IMG/VR virus record: IMGVR_UViG_3300037502_002993
Coordinates: 62,001 to 126,000 of that record
Reading direction: 5' to 3' (one strand)
Length of the DNA stretch: 64,000 nucleotides
Part shown: positions 28,891-36,480 of the stretch, one piece after another
Numbering within the stretch: position 1 is the stretch's first letter
How the letters are laid out: every line of letters starts with the position of its first letter
Position numbers and translations under genes: made by a program
Notes under the pieces: generated by a model
Told to the model about the DNA's origin: nothing
The model's input: only the letters and a program-made list of their open reading frames with translations
The model's database searches: none

Positions 28891-29814
28891 TTAGCAGGCC
28901 ATCATTACAACGTCGTTGGGACTATCCAGTAGGATATCCTGGGGCTGGTCCTCGTCGTACGCAAGATAGAGTTCGTCATTCCCCACCGCCTCATCATACC
29001 AATCTACGCTTCCTCGATGGACCAGAAGCTGTGTAGTATTCACGATTACCTCAAGAGGCGGGACGCCCATGGCGTAAGCCGTGAGGTGGGCAAGTAGACC
29101 CGTGTTAAACCAAACGCTTGCTAACTGTTGACCAAATGTGATCTCCGGGTAGGTAGCGTTGACTGCAAGACCCGTTCGAGGCACCCCCATGGCGTCCATC
29201 TTCTCTTCGGTCAGCATTTCGATACCTTCATCTGAATCCAGCCAGCCGTCTTTTCCATCACGTCCCGACAGGTGCTCCACAAAGCCGCAGGCAACGATAT
29301 CCCGGCGTTCCTTAAGAGTGAGCTCTCGCAGATAGAACTGCAGGTGAGGTTTCAAGTAGGGAGGCACGTCATCCCCTACAACCTCAAGGGTCATCACAGA
29401 GCGTAAGGGACGCTCCGGGAGGTATTGAATCACCTCCATCAGCGGATCAGACACGCGACTAACCAGTGATACCGCATCATCAATGGGGGTGATGGTAACT
29501 CCTAGCTCTTCACCTTCTACAAACTCCTCTTCCTCCAAGTCAATGAACTCATGCGTGACCCGGTAACGCAGTGATGCCCAGGGGGAGTCGGCATTGTTAT
29601 CACCGAGCATGTCAAAGAAGGCCAGCTTCGCTTCTTCGATATTAAATTCAGCCAGCCGAGATGAGTAGGGAATGCCATTTCCTGTTAGGAAAAAGTTCAT
29701 CGGGGGAGGGGACACGTAAGCGCTCTCCTGACTTGGGTCGGTAGCCTCAATAAACACTTCGACAACACAATCAAGAATGTCATCAAGTACATCGTGAAAG
29801 ACCGGGATGGACAT
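28891..29814 (-). CDS. Acidic hypothetical protein
   Basis: 307-aa ORF with AAGGA RBS. Confidence 0.6.
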   Translation of the reverse strand: MSIPVFHDVLDDILDCVVEVFIEATDPSQESAYVSPPPMNFFLTGNGIPYSSRLAEFNIEEAKLAFFDMLGDNNADSPWASLRYRVTHEFIDLEEEEFVEGEELGVTITPIDDAVSLVSRVSDPLMEVIQYLPERPLRSVMTLEVVGDDVPPYLKPHLQFYLRELTLKERRDIVACGFVEHLSGRDGKDGWLDSDEGIEMLTEEKMDAMGVPRTGLAVNATYPEITFGQQLASVWFNTGLLAHLTAYAMGVPPLEVIVNTTQLLVHRGSVDWYDEAVGNDELYLAYDEDQPQDILLDSPNDVVMMAC

Positions 29815-29867
29815 AAGGATTCCTTAAGGGTAGAGAGTTTCACTGAGCGGGTGTAGTGTTATAGTCC

Positions 29868-30152
29868 TCAATCATTATCTTTCCAGGAAGGGTTCCAGTG
29901 AGTGTCACCGTTGTCATCGACACTTTCATCCTCCCACCCAAGGGGGAGGCACTCATCGCCCATCATCTCAGAATCCCACTCGATCTGCAGGGGAGTGCCT
30001 TCACCGGTATCACTGGCATCACGCTCCGGCTCCTCGGGGGGGTGAGTGAAGTGACGGCTGAAGGAGGTGTCCTTATACCCCCACGGAAACGAAGCGGTGG
30101 TCGGGGTGTTCACCTCACCCAGGGTTCTGAGGTAATCCTGTTGAAAGTTCAT
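29868..30152 (-). CDS. Small acidic hypothetical protein
   Basis: 94-aa ORF with GGAGA RBS. Confidence 0.45.
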   Translation of the reverse strand: MNFQQDYLRTLGEVNTPTTASFPWGYKDTSFSRHFTHPPEEPERDASDTGEGTPLQIEWDSEMMGDECLPLGWEDESVDDNGDTHWNPSWKDND

Positions 30153-30335
30153 GGTCGTTCTCCAGTATAGCGCTATATCGCCCTAGAGGGCCTCTTAAAC
30201 GCATTTAAAGTAAAAGATGTATGTTGGTATCACCTGCGGCATAAAAACGCTCACAGCGTCTTACAGGGCGTTTTAGTGGGTATATCGAAAGGACACATAG
30301 CCAGACCCCCTTACTTGAGGTCTGGATGTGGGGTA

Positions 30336-30521
30336 TTATGCCGGAAGCGCACGCAAGGGGCGGTAGAACTTCTCAAAGCGGGCTAGAGGGACGGTCTCCC
30401 GATCTTGGCGTCCTTCTTGCTGAACCACGACCTTATCGCGGCGAACCTCTTTTACGGTCACGACCTGTACGGTGCCGTGCCGCTCGAATTTGAATTGTTG
30501 ATTGAGATACGCTTGGCTCAC
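30336..30521 (-). CDS. Small hypothetical protein
   Basis: 61 aa, AGGAG RBS and GTG start. The RBS lies within the tnpB guide region. Confidence 0.55.
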   Translation of the reverse strand: MSQAYLNQQFKFERHGTVQVVTVKEVRRDKVVVQQEGRQDRETVPLARFEKFYRPLRALPA

Positions 30522-30549
30522 TCGTACGTCTCCTTCACGGTTTCATTGC

Positions 30550-30677
30550 TTGACACTCCCCTTCTTAAAAGAAGGGGATTCTTGCTTCACAGAACTGACT
30601 TACCTTCGGTAAGGAAGGCAGAGGCCACTTTCTCCACAAGCGTTTAGTGAGTCCGTATGCCCTACGGCCTCTGCTAA
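30550..30677 (-). ncRNA. TnpB omegaRNA (cognate copy B); guide from 30549 downward (GCAATGAAACCGTGAAGGAG)
   Basis: Begins just after the tnpB stop. Nested stems, terminal 9-bp hairpin and TCAA right end as in IS200/IS605 elements. Confidence 0.85.
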
Positions 30678-30686
30678 AGCCACTGT

Positions 30687-31904
30687 TCAAGCAGTGAGGT
30701 GGTGTTCTTGGATGAACACCGCTGTGAGTGTTTGTCTTAAATGACTGGTGGGCGGTAGTTGTTCCAGAGCCATGGTCCTTAAGTTGATGGCCGCGTTGTG
30801 ATCGCGATCATGCGTGGTCTTGCAAGAAGGACAATCCCACCAGCGTTGGTGTAGCTTGAGCTTCAGTTTCCCCTCTAAACGATGGTTACACGCACTGCAG
30901 GTCTGAGTACTGGGAAAGAATCGTTCCGCAATGACGACCTTGCAGTGCTGTGACTCATCGGCCTTGTAGACCAACTGAGTCAGGAACTGCCGCCATCCAC
31001 AATCAGCAATGTGTTTAGCGAGTCTCCTGTTCCTGACCATACCCTCAATATTGAGGTCCTCAATAGCAATAGTCATGCATTGGTCTACAAGGCTTCTAGA
31101 AAGCTTGTGCTGAAAGTCCATCCGACACCGCTTGGTTTTTGCGTATATCTTGGCGACTTTCAGCCTCTGCTTTCTGTAGTTGGCACTGCCTTTGACTTTG
31201 CGTGATAGATCGCGCTGTGCCCTCGCCAGTTTCCTGGCATACTGCCCTTGGTATTTGGGTTTGGCATACTCCTTCCCTTCTGAGTCTACCGCAAAGGTCT
31301 TAATCCCTAAGTCCGATCCCAAATGAGACTCCCCATTCGTGAGTCGAGGTTCACATTCACAAATGAAACAAGCATAATACTTACCATCAGACTCACGAAT
31401 GATACTACAGGAAGAAGGTTGGGTGGGGAGTACCCCACCCCATTTCTCGTTCTTGTAACTCCATTTAGTTTTGATGGGGGACTGCATGACTTTCGCCATG
31501 CGGAAATCCCCTGTTTCTAGATTTAAAGTAAAAGCAGCCTTCGTCAGTCGGATGGACTGACGACTGACCCGCTTCTTGTACTTGGGAAATCCAATCTTCC
31601 CTTTCCCTTTGAAAAAGGATTGGAAAGCAGTCCCTAGGTCCCGTAGGGACTGCTGTAGGATGACGGATGAAACCTCATAGAGAAACCCAAACTCATCTTT
31701 TAGTTCGGGAAGACGGTAGGTGAGTGCATTTGCACTCAGTTTGGGTTTCTCTAATGTTGGGTCCGTCTGGTAGGCTTTGTATTCCTCTTGTACCCTACCC
31801 AGTACCTGATTCCAGACAAACCGTTTACAGCCAAACGACCTCACCAGGAGGTCAGTTTGCATGGCATTCGGATAGATCCGAAAACGAAATGTTTTCGTTG
31901 CCAT
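30687..31904 (-). CDS. tnpB: TnpB RNA-guided endonuclease (IS200/IS605 family)
   Basis: FRFRIYPN...FGCKRFVWN N-terminus, RuvC-I GSDLG, RuvC-II IEDL, zinc finger CSAC/CPSC and RuvC-III DRDHNAAINL. All three catalytic residues are present. Confidence 0.95.
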   Translation of the reverse strand: MATKTFRFRIYPNAMQTDLLVRSFGCKRFVWNQVLGRVQEEYKAYQTDPTLEKPKLSANALTYRLPELKDEFGFLYEVSSVILQQSLRDLGTAFQSFFKGKGKIGFPKYKKRVSRQSIRLTKAAFTLNLETGDFRMAKVMQSPIKTKWSYKNEKWGGVLPTQPSSCSIIRESDGKYYACFICECEPRLTNGESHLGSDLGIKTFAVDSEGKEYAKPKYQGQYARKLARAQRDLSRKVKGSANYRKQRLKVAKIYAKTKRCRMDFQHKLSRSLVDQCMTIAIEDLNIEGMVRNRRLAKHIADCGWRQFLTQLVYKADESQHCKVVIAERFFPSTQTCSACNHRLEGKLKLKLHQRWWDCPSCKTTHDRDHNAAINLRTMALEQLPPTSHLRQTLTAVFIQEHHLTA

Positions 31905-31984
31905 GGTTGGCCTCCTGGGGAAATGAGTTAGTGTATATGTTAGTATTTAATGGTCTCTCACCAGGCGGGGTCTGGTGATGCAAA

Positions 31985-32899
31985 TCATCCTCCACCTGAA
32001 GGAGGAGGCTTTATGACCACTGGGTAACCTGACGTTTGGTTGGGATCGGCATCACGCAGCGGGGGTTTCTTTTGTGTAATGATCTTGGGTAATGTTTTAA
32101 CTAACACCTTTTCCATTTTGGTTCTTGGTTTGCCAATGGCTTTCAGCCACTCTTCTGGCGTAAGGTTCCTTTTTATTGAATTACAGGTCTGGCAGGATAG
32201 AGTGGCGTTAACTTCTGAGTTAGATCCACCCCTAGACTTGGGGATCTTGTGCTCCCATTGGAGAATTTTATCCCCACTAACTCCAAGGCAGTATTGGCAC
32301 GTATGGTTGTACCTGTAGAGTAGATACTCACGCATCTCGGTACCGAAGAGCCTGCCCTTCTGATATTCTTTGTCTTTGATACCAGGATTCTTCAGTAAGT
32401 GGGTATCAAACTTTACCTCTTCGACCTTGGCGCTGGTGATGGGACACCAGCGCATGAAGCGATCGATCCAAGTCTGGGTAGTGAGTGCTCGATGTTGGAT
32501 GGAGGGTGGAAGCCACCCTTTAGGTCTAGCGCGGTTCAAGAACCGCGCGGGACGATACCGGGTTTTCCTAGAACGACGAGATCGGCGATACATTGCTCGG
32601 CTAGCCAAACGCTTACGGATCACCTGACCGCGATGCACTAGGTTAATTCCTAACACGCATCGGTCCCCTCGCTTATCGTGAGAGATCACGGCAATCCCGG
32701 TGGTCTTCGAACCAGGATCAATCTGAATGGAAAAGTTATTCCTGATTGGTCCTTTCGGGACATAGTTCAGAATGATAATGAATGGGTACCGTCGGAAGAC
32801 GGCGGCTTTGCCCTTGCGTAACAATTCCCGAGCACGTGCTGGATGACACGGTGCTAAAGGAATTCGATTGGCGTCTAGCACCAATACGTAATTTGACAT
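31985..32899 (-). pseudogene. iscB: IscB (RRXRR/HNH) endonuclease, C-terminally truncated
   Basis: PLAP-C motif, RuvC-I IDPGSK, RRSRRSRKTRYRPARFLNR, RuvC-II E, and HNH EHKIPKSRGGSN...CQTCN. Homology stops at PLRDA (~32048), before RuvC-III and the TAM-interacting domain. Confidence 0.85.
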
Positions 32900-33153
32900 G
32901 ATTTAGGTTTCCCTAATAGTCTACTCGGGTTCAAGACCCTTGTGTTACGTGAACCTCGACAATGTTCAAAAGGCTTGTCATGCACGCCGCACCGCCCCTA
33001 CCTCACAGGACTTTTAACGACGCACCTTAGAGCCAGGGGCTGGTTCGGCCACCCCTGGGTAAGATCACCTAATGAACGGAGTCCCTGTTAGGGGACAGAG
33101 TCTGGTCAGCATTCCCGGAAGGGGACTCCAAGTTGATGGAGGGTGTTACTGAC
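32900..33153 (-). ncRNA. IscB omegaRNA (5' guide from flank 33154-33170)
   Basis: Upstream of iscB. Contains GTCAGTAAC start, TGACCAGACT, CCAGCCCCTGGCTCT and AACATTGTCGAGG blocks typical of IscB omegaRNAs. Confidence 0.75.
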
Positions 33154-33750
33154 AATATCGCTAACCGTGCTCTTGGTGGTGTCATGACAAAGGGCCGTGT
33201 GGTTACCTGCCTTCTGCAATCGTTGCCGGGCAAACAGGTGACGCCTTTGATCGAGGGTTGTGTCATCTAAGACGTCCAACCGATTGATATCTTCCCGATC
33301 ACGAATCCGCTCACGGATGGTGGCGTTGTCCGCGTCCAGGTAGAGCGTCAGATTGGGAGGAACAATAGGTACCCACCCCAGGCCCTTTGGGGTAGTGTTA
33401 GCAATCAGGGTATCAAGTGTCGGGTTGTTGTCACCCTGATAGACATAGGTGGTATCGAGGTGACGGTCACTGATCACCCACCAGCCTTCATCCACTAGCG
33501 GTTTGATGACCTTGGTCAGGTGCTCCCACCGCTGGGCCTGCATGATAAGAATCTCCGTCTCAGGACACAGATCGGTGTAGCGAAACAGTAACGATCGGAT
33601 CTCCTCACCGAATGGGGTCCCTCCGGGTTCTTTGGTGAGGGTGGCCTTATGACCCAAGCTGTTTAGAGCATCTCTTAACGCCCTAGCAATAGTGGACTTA
33701 CCTACGCCATCCTGCCCTTCGATGATAATGAACCCACCTGATGGTGTCAT
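33106..33750 (-). CDS. tmk: Thymidylate (dTMP) kinase
   Basis: IEGQDGVGKST P-loop, TKEPGGT and SDRH..TTYVYQG. The last 15 residues come from the inserted element. Confidence 0.9.
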   Translation of the reverse strand: MTPSGGFIIIEGQDGVGKSTIARALRDALNSLGHKATLTKEPGGTPFGEEIRSLLFRYTDLCPETEILIMQAQRWEHLTKVIKPLVDEGWWVISDRHLDTTYVYQGDNNPTLDTLIANTTPKGLGWVPIVPPNLTLYLDADNATIRERIRDREDINRLDVLDDTTLDQRRHLFARQRLQKAGNHTALCHDTTKSTVSDIVSNTLHQLGVPFREC

Positions 33751-33815
33751 CCTACCTCCTTTGAATTAGCTGGACACAATTCGCAAAGAGCCTGCAAACT
33801 CGTCACCTCGGTGAT

Positions 33816-33943
33816 TTGACACTTCCCTTCTTTTAAGAAGGGAATTCTTGCTTCATTGAACTGACTTACCTTCGGTAAGGAAGGCAGAGGCCACGTTCTC
33901 CACAAGCGTTTTACGAGTCCGTATGCCCTACGGCCTCTGCTAA
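33816..33943 (-). ncRNA. Stand-alone TnpB omegaRNA scaffold copy C; guide from 33815 downward (ATCACCGAGGTGACGAGTTT)
   Basis: Near-identical to copy B with compensatory changes in the terminal hairpin; ends GTGTCAA. Confidence 0.8.
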
Positions 33944-34023
33944 AGTCACTGTATTTAGTGGCCTTATACCAGACTACGTCTGGAGATATCATTCACCCCC
34001 CTCCTTTAGGAGGGGGTTTTACG
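33816..34023 (-). mobile_element. Mini (ORF-less) IS200/IS605 derivative
   Basis: Left-end-like hairpin CGTAAAACCCCCTCCTAAAGGAGGGGGGTG (33994-34023), then the scaffold and TCAA right end. Confidence 0.55.
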
Positions 34024-34061
34024 ATCGCAATCGATAAAGATCCTGCAAGATCACCATCCTG

Positions 34062-34080
34062 GTGATATAAGTCTGAAAAT
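34062..34080 (-). promoter_or_regulatory. Putative phage early promoter upstream of omegaRNA copy C and tmk
   Basis: ATTTTCAGACTTATATCAC fits the repeated motif. Confidence 0.45.
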
Positions 34081-34095
34081 GACTTCAATCCACTG

Positions 34096-34130
34096 TTGAC
34101 ACTCCCCTTCTTAAATGACGGGGTTTTACG
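34096..34130 (-). repeat. Single-hairpin IS end remnant
   Basis: CGTAAAACCCCGTCATTTAAGAAGGGGAGTGTCAA joins the left-end prefix to the right-end suffix. Confidence 0.55.
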
Positions 34131-34206
34131 ACCACAACCGATAAAAAGAATACCACAATAGACAGCCCGCACTTAAGCGGGCTGTCGGAATGACGCTAAC
34201 GCACTA

Positions 34207-34620
34207 TCAGATCGCGTCAAACAGTTCCTGTACGGCCTTCATGGCTTTGTTGGTATCCGCCCGATTGGGCTCTTTCCAACTGGCCACAGCCCGCACGCTT
34301 TCTTCGCCCTTCTCCGGGGAGCGGTTGAAGAACAGATCCTGCTCCATGTAACCTACCTTGTAGGACAGGGAGAGTTCTTTACTCTCCCCGTTCTCACGGA
34401 AGTGATCGCGGGCCAGTTCACCGGCAGCAAGCACTGTACCGGAGAGAACCTCTTGGTTGTGCTTTTGCAGCTTCTTCACCTGCTCAAGCGTCAGACCCTC
34501 GGGCAGGGTGGCCTCATAGTAGTCATCACTGACGTCAATGGTACCGGTCTTGGCATTGACGGTCAGCTTGTCTTTGAGGCCGAACTTTTCTGCATGGGCT
34601 TGGGCTTTCAGTGTGGACAT
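34207..34620 (-). CDS. Conserved jumbo-phage early hypothetical protein
   Basis: 137 aa with its own promoter-like motif (34698-34716) and terminator. Confidence 0.65.
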   Translation of the reverse strand: MSTLKAQAHAEKFGLKDKLTVNAKTGTIDVSDDYYEATLPEGLTLEQVKKLQKHNQEVLSGTVLAAGELARDHFRENGESKELSLSYKVGYMEQDLFFNRSPEKGEESVRAVASWKEPNRADTNKAMKAVQELFDAI

Positions 34621-34768
34621 TGCGGAGTTACTCCTTACGGTTTAAGATTCCCAGTGCATGGGTTGAGGGACGTAGACCTTGTCTGCCACTCCCCAGAATG
34701 ATCTAGGTGTCAATTTTCTTGGGATAGGACAAAAAAAGAACACCCCTCATCTCGTGAGGGGTTTCGGT

Positions 34769-35260
34769 TTAAGACGCCACGACGAACTTCGGGGAGTCGT
34801 CGATCATCAACATGTCATCCTTCAACGTGATGGTGTAGCTGACCCGAGTGAAGGCAATGCGCAATGCGTCGATCGCGCGTTCTTCTGTGGTGGGGATCAT
34901 CTCGCCTTTAAAATACTTGCAGAACGTGGCGTTTTCATGTCGTCCACTGTAGAACGTCCACAGGGTTTGGGCAAGTGCCGTGGGGCTGTCCCCCACTCGC
35001 ACAGCGCGCAGGGTCTTACGCTCAACCTCACTTCCTGAGGCGTTGGTGGTCACGTAGTGAATCTCAGCACGCTCCGGGGTAACGTCAACGACCACTTCCA
35101 GAAGCTTGCGGTGGGTGTTGATGATCAGGTCCTCACACTCTACTGCGCGCTTATAACACGCAGTGGTGCCTTTCAGGTGCTTGACCAACACCGAAAGAGT
35201 GAAGCGGCAGAACGGACGACTGGCATCAAGGGTGGGTTTGGCCTTAAGGAAATTAAACAT
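34769..35260 (-). CDS. Hypothetical protein
   Basis: 163 aa; promoter-like motif at 35320-35338. Confidence 0.6.
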   Translation of the reverse strand: MFNFLKAKPTLDASRPFCRFTLSVLVKHLKGTTACYKRAVECEDLIINTHRKLLEVVVDVTPERAEIHYVTTNASGSEVERKTLRAVRVGDSPTALAQTLWTFYSGRHENATFCKYFKGEMIPTTEERAIDALRIAFTRVSYTITLKDDMLMIDDSPKFVVAS

Positions 35261-35319
35261 AATGACTCTCCAAATCGCAATAGAGGGGATGAACGATAGC
35301 GGTCGCTCTTAGTCACGAT

Positions 35320-35338
35320 CAGGATATAGGTGTGAAAA
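35320..35338 (-). promoter_or_regulatory. Putative phage early promoter (one of 8 copies)
   Basis: TTTTCACACCTATATCCTG. Related copies at 3078, 21241, 22442, 27205, 34062, 34698 and 36292, all upstream of minus-strand transcription units. Confidence 0.6.
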
Positions 35339-35406
35339 CGCGTAGAATCGCCATATTTACCATAACAGATAAAAAAGAAACCCCCGTGTGAGGGGGCTTC
35401 GATGTG

Positions 35407-35967
35407 TTATCTAGAAAGTGCCATTCCGATGGTGGCGTTGACTCGTGCCATTGCCATATGAAAACCCACTGGCATGCGAGTAGCCTTCACTTTACGCAGG
35501 AAGGCGTGTTCCTCACGATACGCTTCTTGTTCCCACTCGCTGTCCATGTAGTAATCAGCGTCCTTCTTCAGCCTTGACTTATCGATTTCCACGCCTTTCC
35601 AGTACATGTCAGAGATCTCCCCTCTGCTATCAAACGCCACAGTGAAATCCCCACGACGCCACTGGAACCAGTGAACAGTCTCGTGAAAGACACTCCCTGC
35701 ACGGAGTTTGGGATTACTGGTGTCGATGACAATAACGGGCACTTCTTTATCACCCTCCTTGATCACCGTGAACATAGCCGCCATCCCGGGTATGTCCGTG
35801 GCGTAGAGCTTCCCCCCGCAGCGCAGAAAGAGATGCAGGCGTGCGGCTTCCTCTGCATAAAGGGAAGCTAACGCACTCTCAACATTCGCCTTGTTGAAGA
35901 ACAGGCGATCAGCCACCATGACGTTAACGGTAAAACCACTAAGGGTGTAGGTGGTATCTTGAAACAT
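35407..35967 (-). CDS. Putative HExxH zinc metallopeptidase
   Basis: FHETVHWFQ plus downstream EWEQEAY. Confidence 0.6.
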   Translation of the reverse strand: MFQDTTYTLSGFTVNVMVADRLFFNKANVESALASLYAEEAARLHLFLRCGGKLYATDIPGMAAMFTVIKEGDKEVPVIVIDTSNPKLRAGSVFHETVHWFQWRRGDFTVAFDSRGEISDMYWKGVEIDKSRLKKDADYYMDSEWEQEAYREEHAFLRKVKATRMPVGFHMAMARVNATIGMALSR

Positions 35968-36026
35968 GAGGTGTACCCTTTTTGATTTTTAGAGGTTGGA
36001 TGGGACATCCCTGTCCCTGATGCAGG

Positions 36027-36239
36027 TTAGCCTTGGCGCATCTTCCAGGCCCAGGCGGCCACGGCAATGCCGCCGCCCACTGCCGTACCAAAAGCGGTAC
36101 CGGCGAGGAAGCCACGACGAGCCGACTTCTTCTTCTCTTTCGTTATGTTGACGTCATTGGCGACTTTTTCAGCAATTCCCTCGGCCAGTTTAGCAATGGT
36201 CTCATTGGACAGGGTATCGTTAGCGGTTTGTTCAGACAT
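36027..36239 (-). CDS. Small C-terminally anchored membrane protein
   Basis: 70 aa with a Gly/Ala-rich hydrophobic helix after a basic patch; promoter-like motif at 36292-36310. Confidence 0.55.
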   Translation of the reverse strand: MSEQTANDTLSNETIAKLAEGIAEKVANDVNITKEKKKSARRGFLAGTAFGTAVGGGIAVAAWAWKMRQG

Positions 36240-36291
36240 GGTAGTGCTCCTAAAGGTTTTATGAGGTCCCGGAATGGGCTGAACTCACTAA

Positions 36292-36310
36292 CAGGATATA
36301 GGTGTTAAAA
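36292..36310 (-). promoter_or_regulatory. Putative phage early promoter
   Basis: TTTTAACACCTATATCCTG, one mismatch from the 35320 copy. Confidence 0.6.
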
Positions 36311-36480
36311 TGGTTCAATTCCGTGAAACACTAGGCTCTTTGATTATGTAGGCTGCACGAGAACATTTAGCGGAAATTAGAAATGGACCGTACTCTCGTT
36401 CTGGCCCTATTTCGTCTGACGAGGAGTTTATTCTAAGTAAAACCCATCTTCACACTTTCACCCAACAGAAGGAAACTCTC

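Larger units (their letters stand above)
30550..33153 (-). mobile_element. Composite non-autonomous IS200/IS605-type element (iscB remnant plus tnpB, no tnpA)
   Basis: Left boundary at GTCAGTAAC (33153) inside tmk; right end TCAA at 30550. An internal left-end-like hairpin CCTCCTCCTTCAGGTGGAGG lies near 31988-32008. Confidence 0.7.

Noticed and set aside
30405-30647. Plus-strand 80-aa ORF
   Set aside because: Antisense to omegaRNA B and to a better-supported small gene.
30687-31904. Nuclease-dead TldR-type transcription factor
   Set aside because: All three RuvC acidic residues (D, E, D) are present.
19215-33943. Three ~128-bp repeats read as a CRISPR array
   Set aside because: They are dispersed kilobases apart, far too long for CRISPR repeats, and one is the tnpB-linked right end.
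33747-33992. 81-aa ORF upstream of tmk
   Set aside because: It reads through omegaRNA copy C and is most likely incidental.
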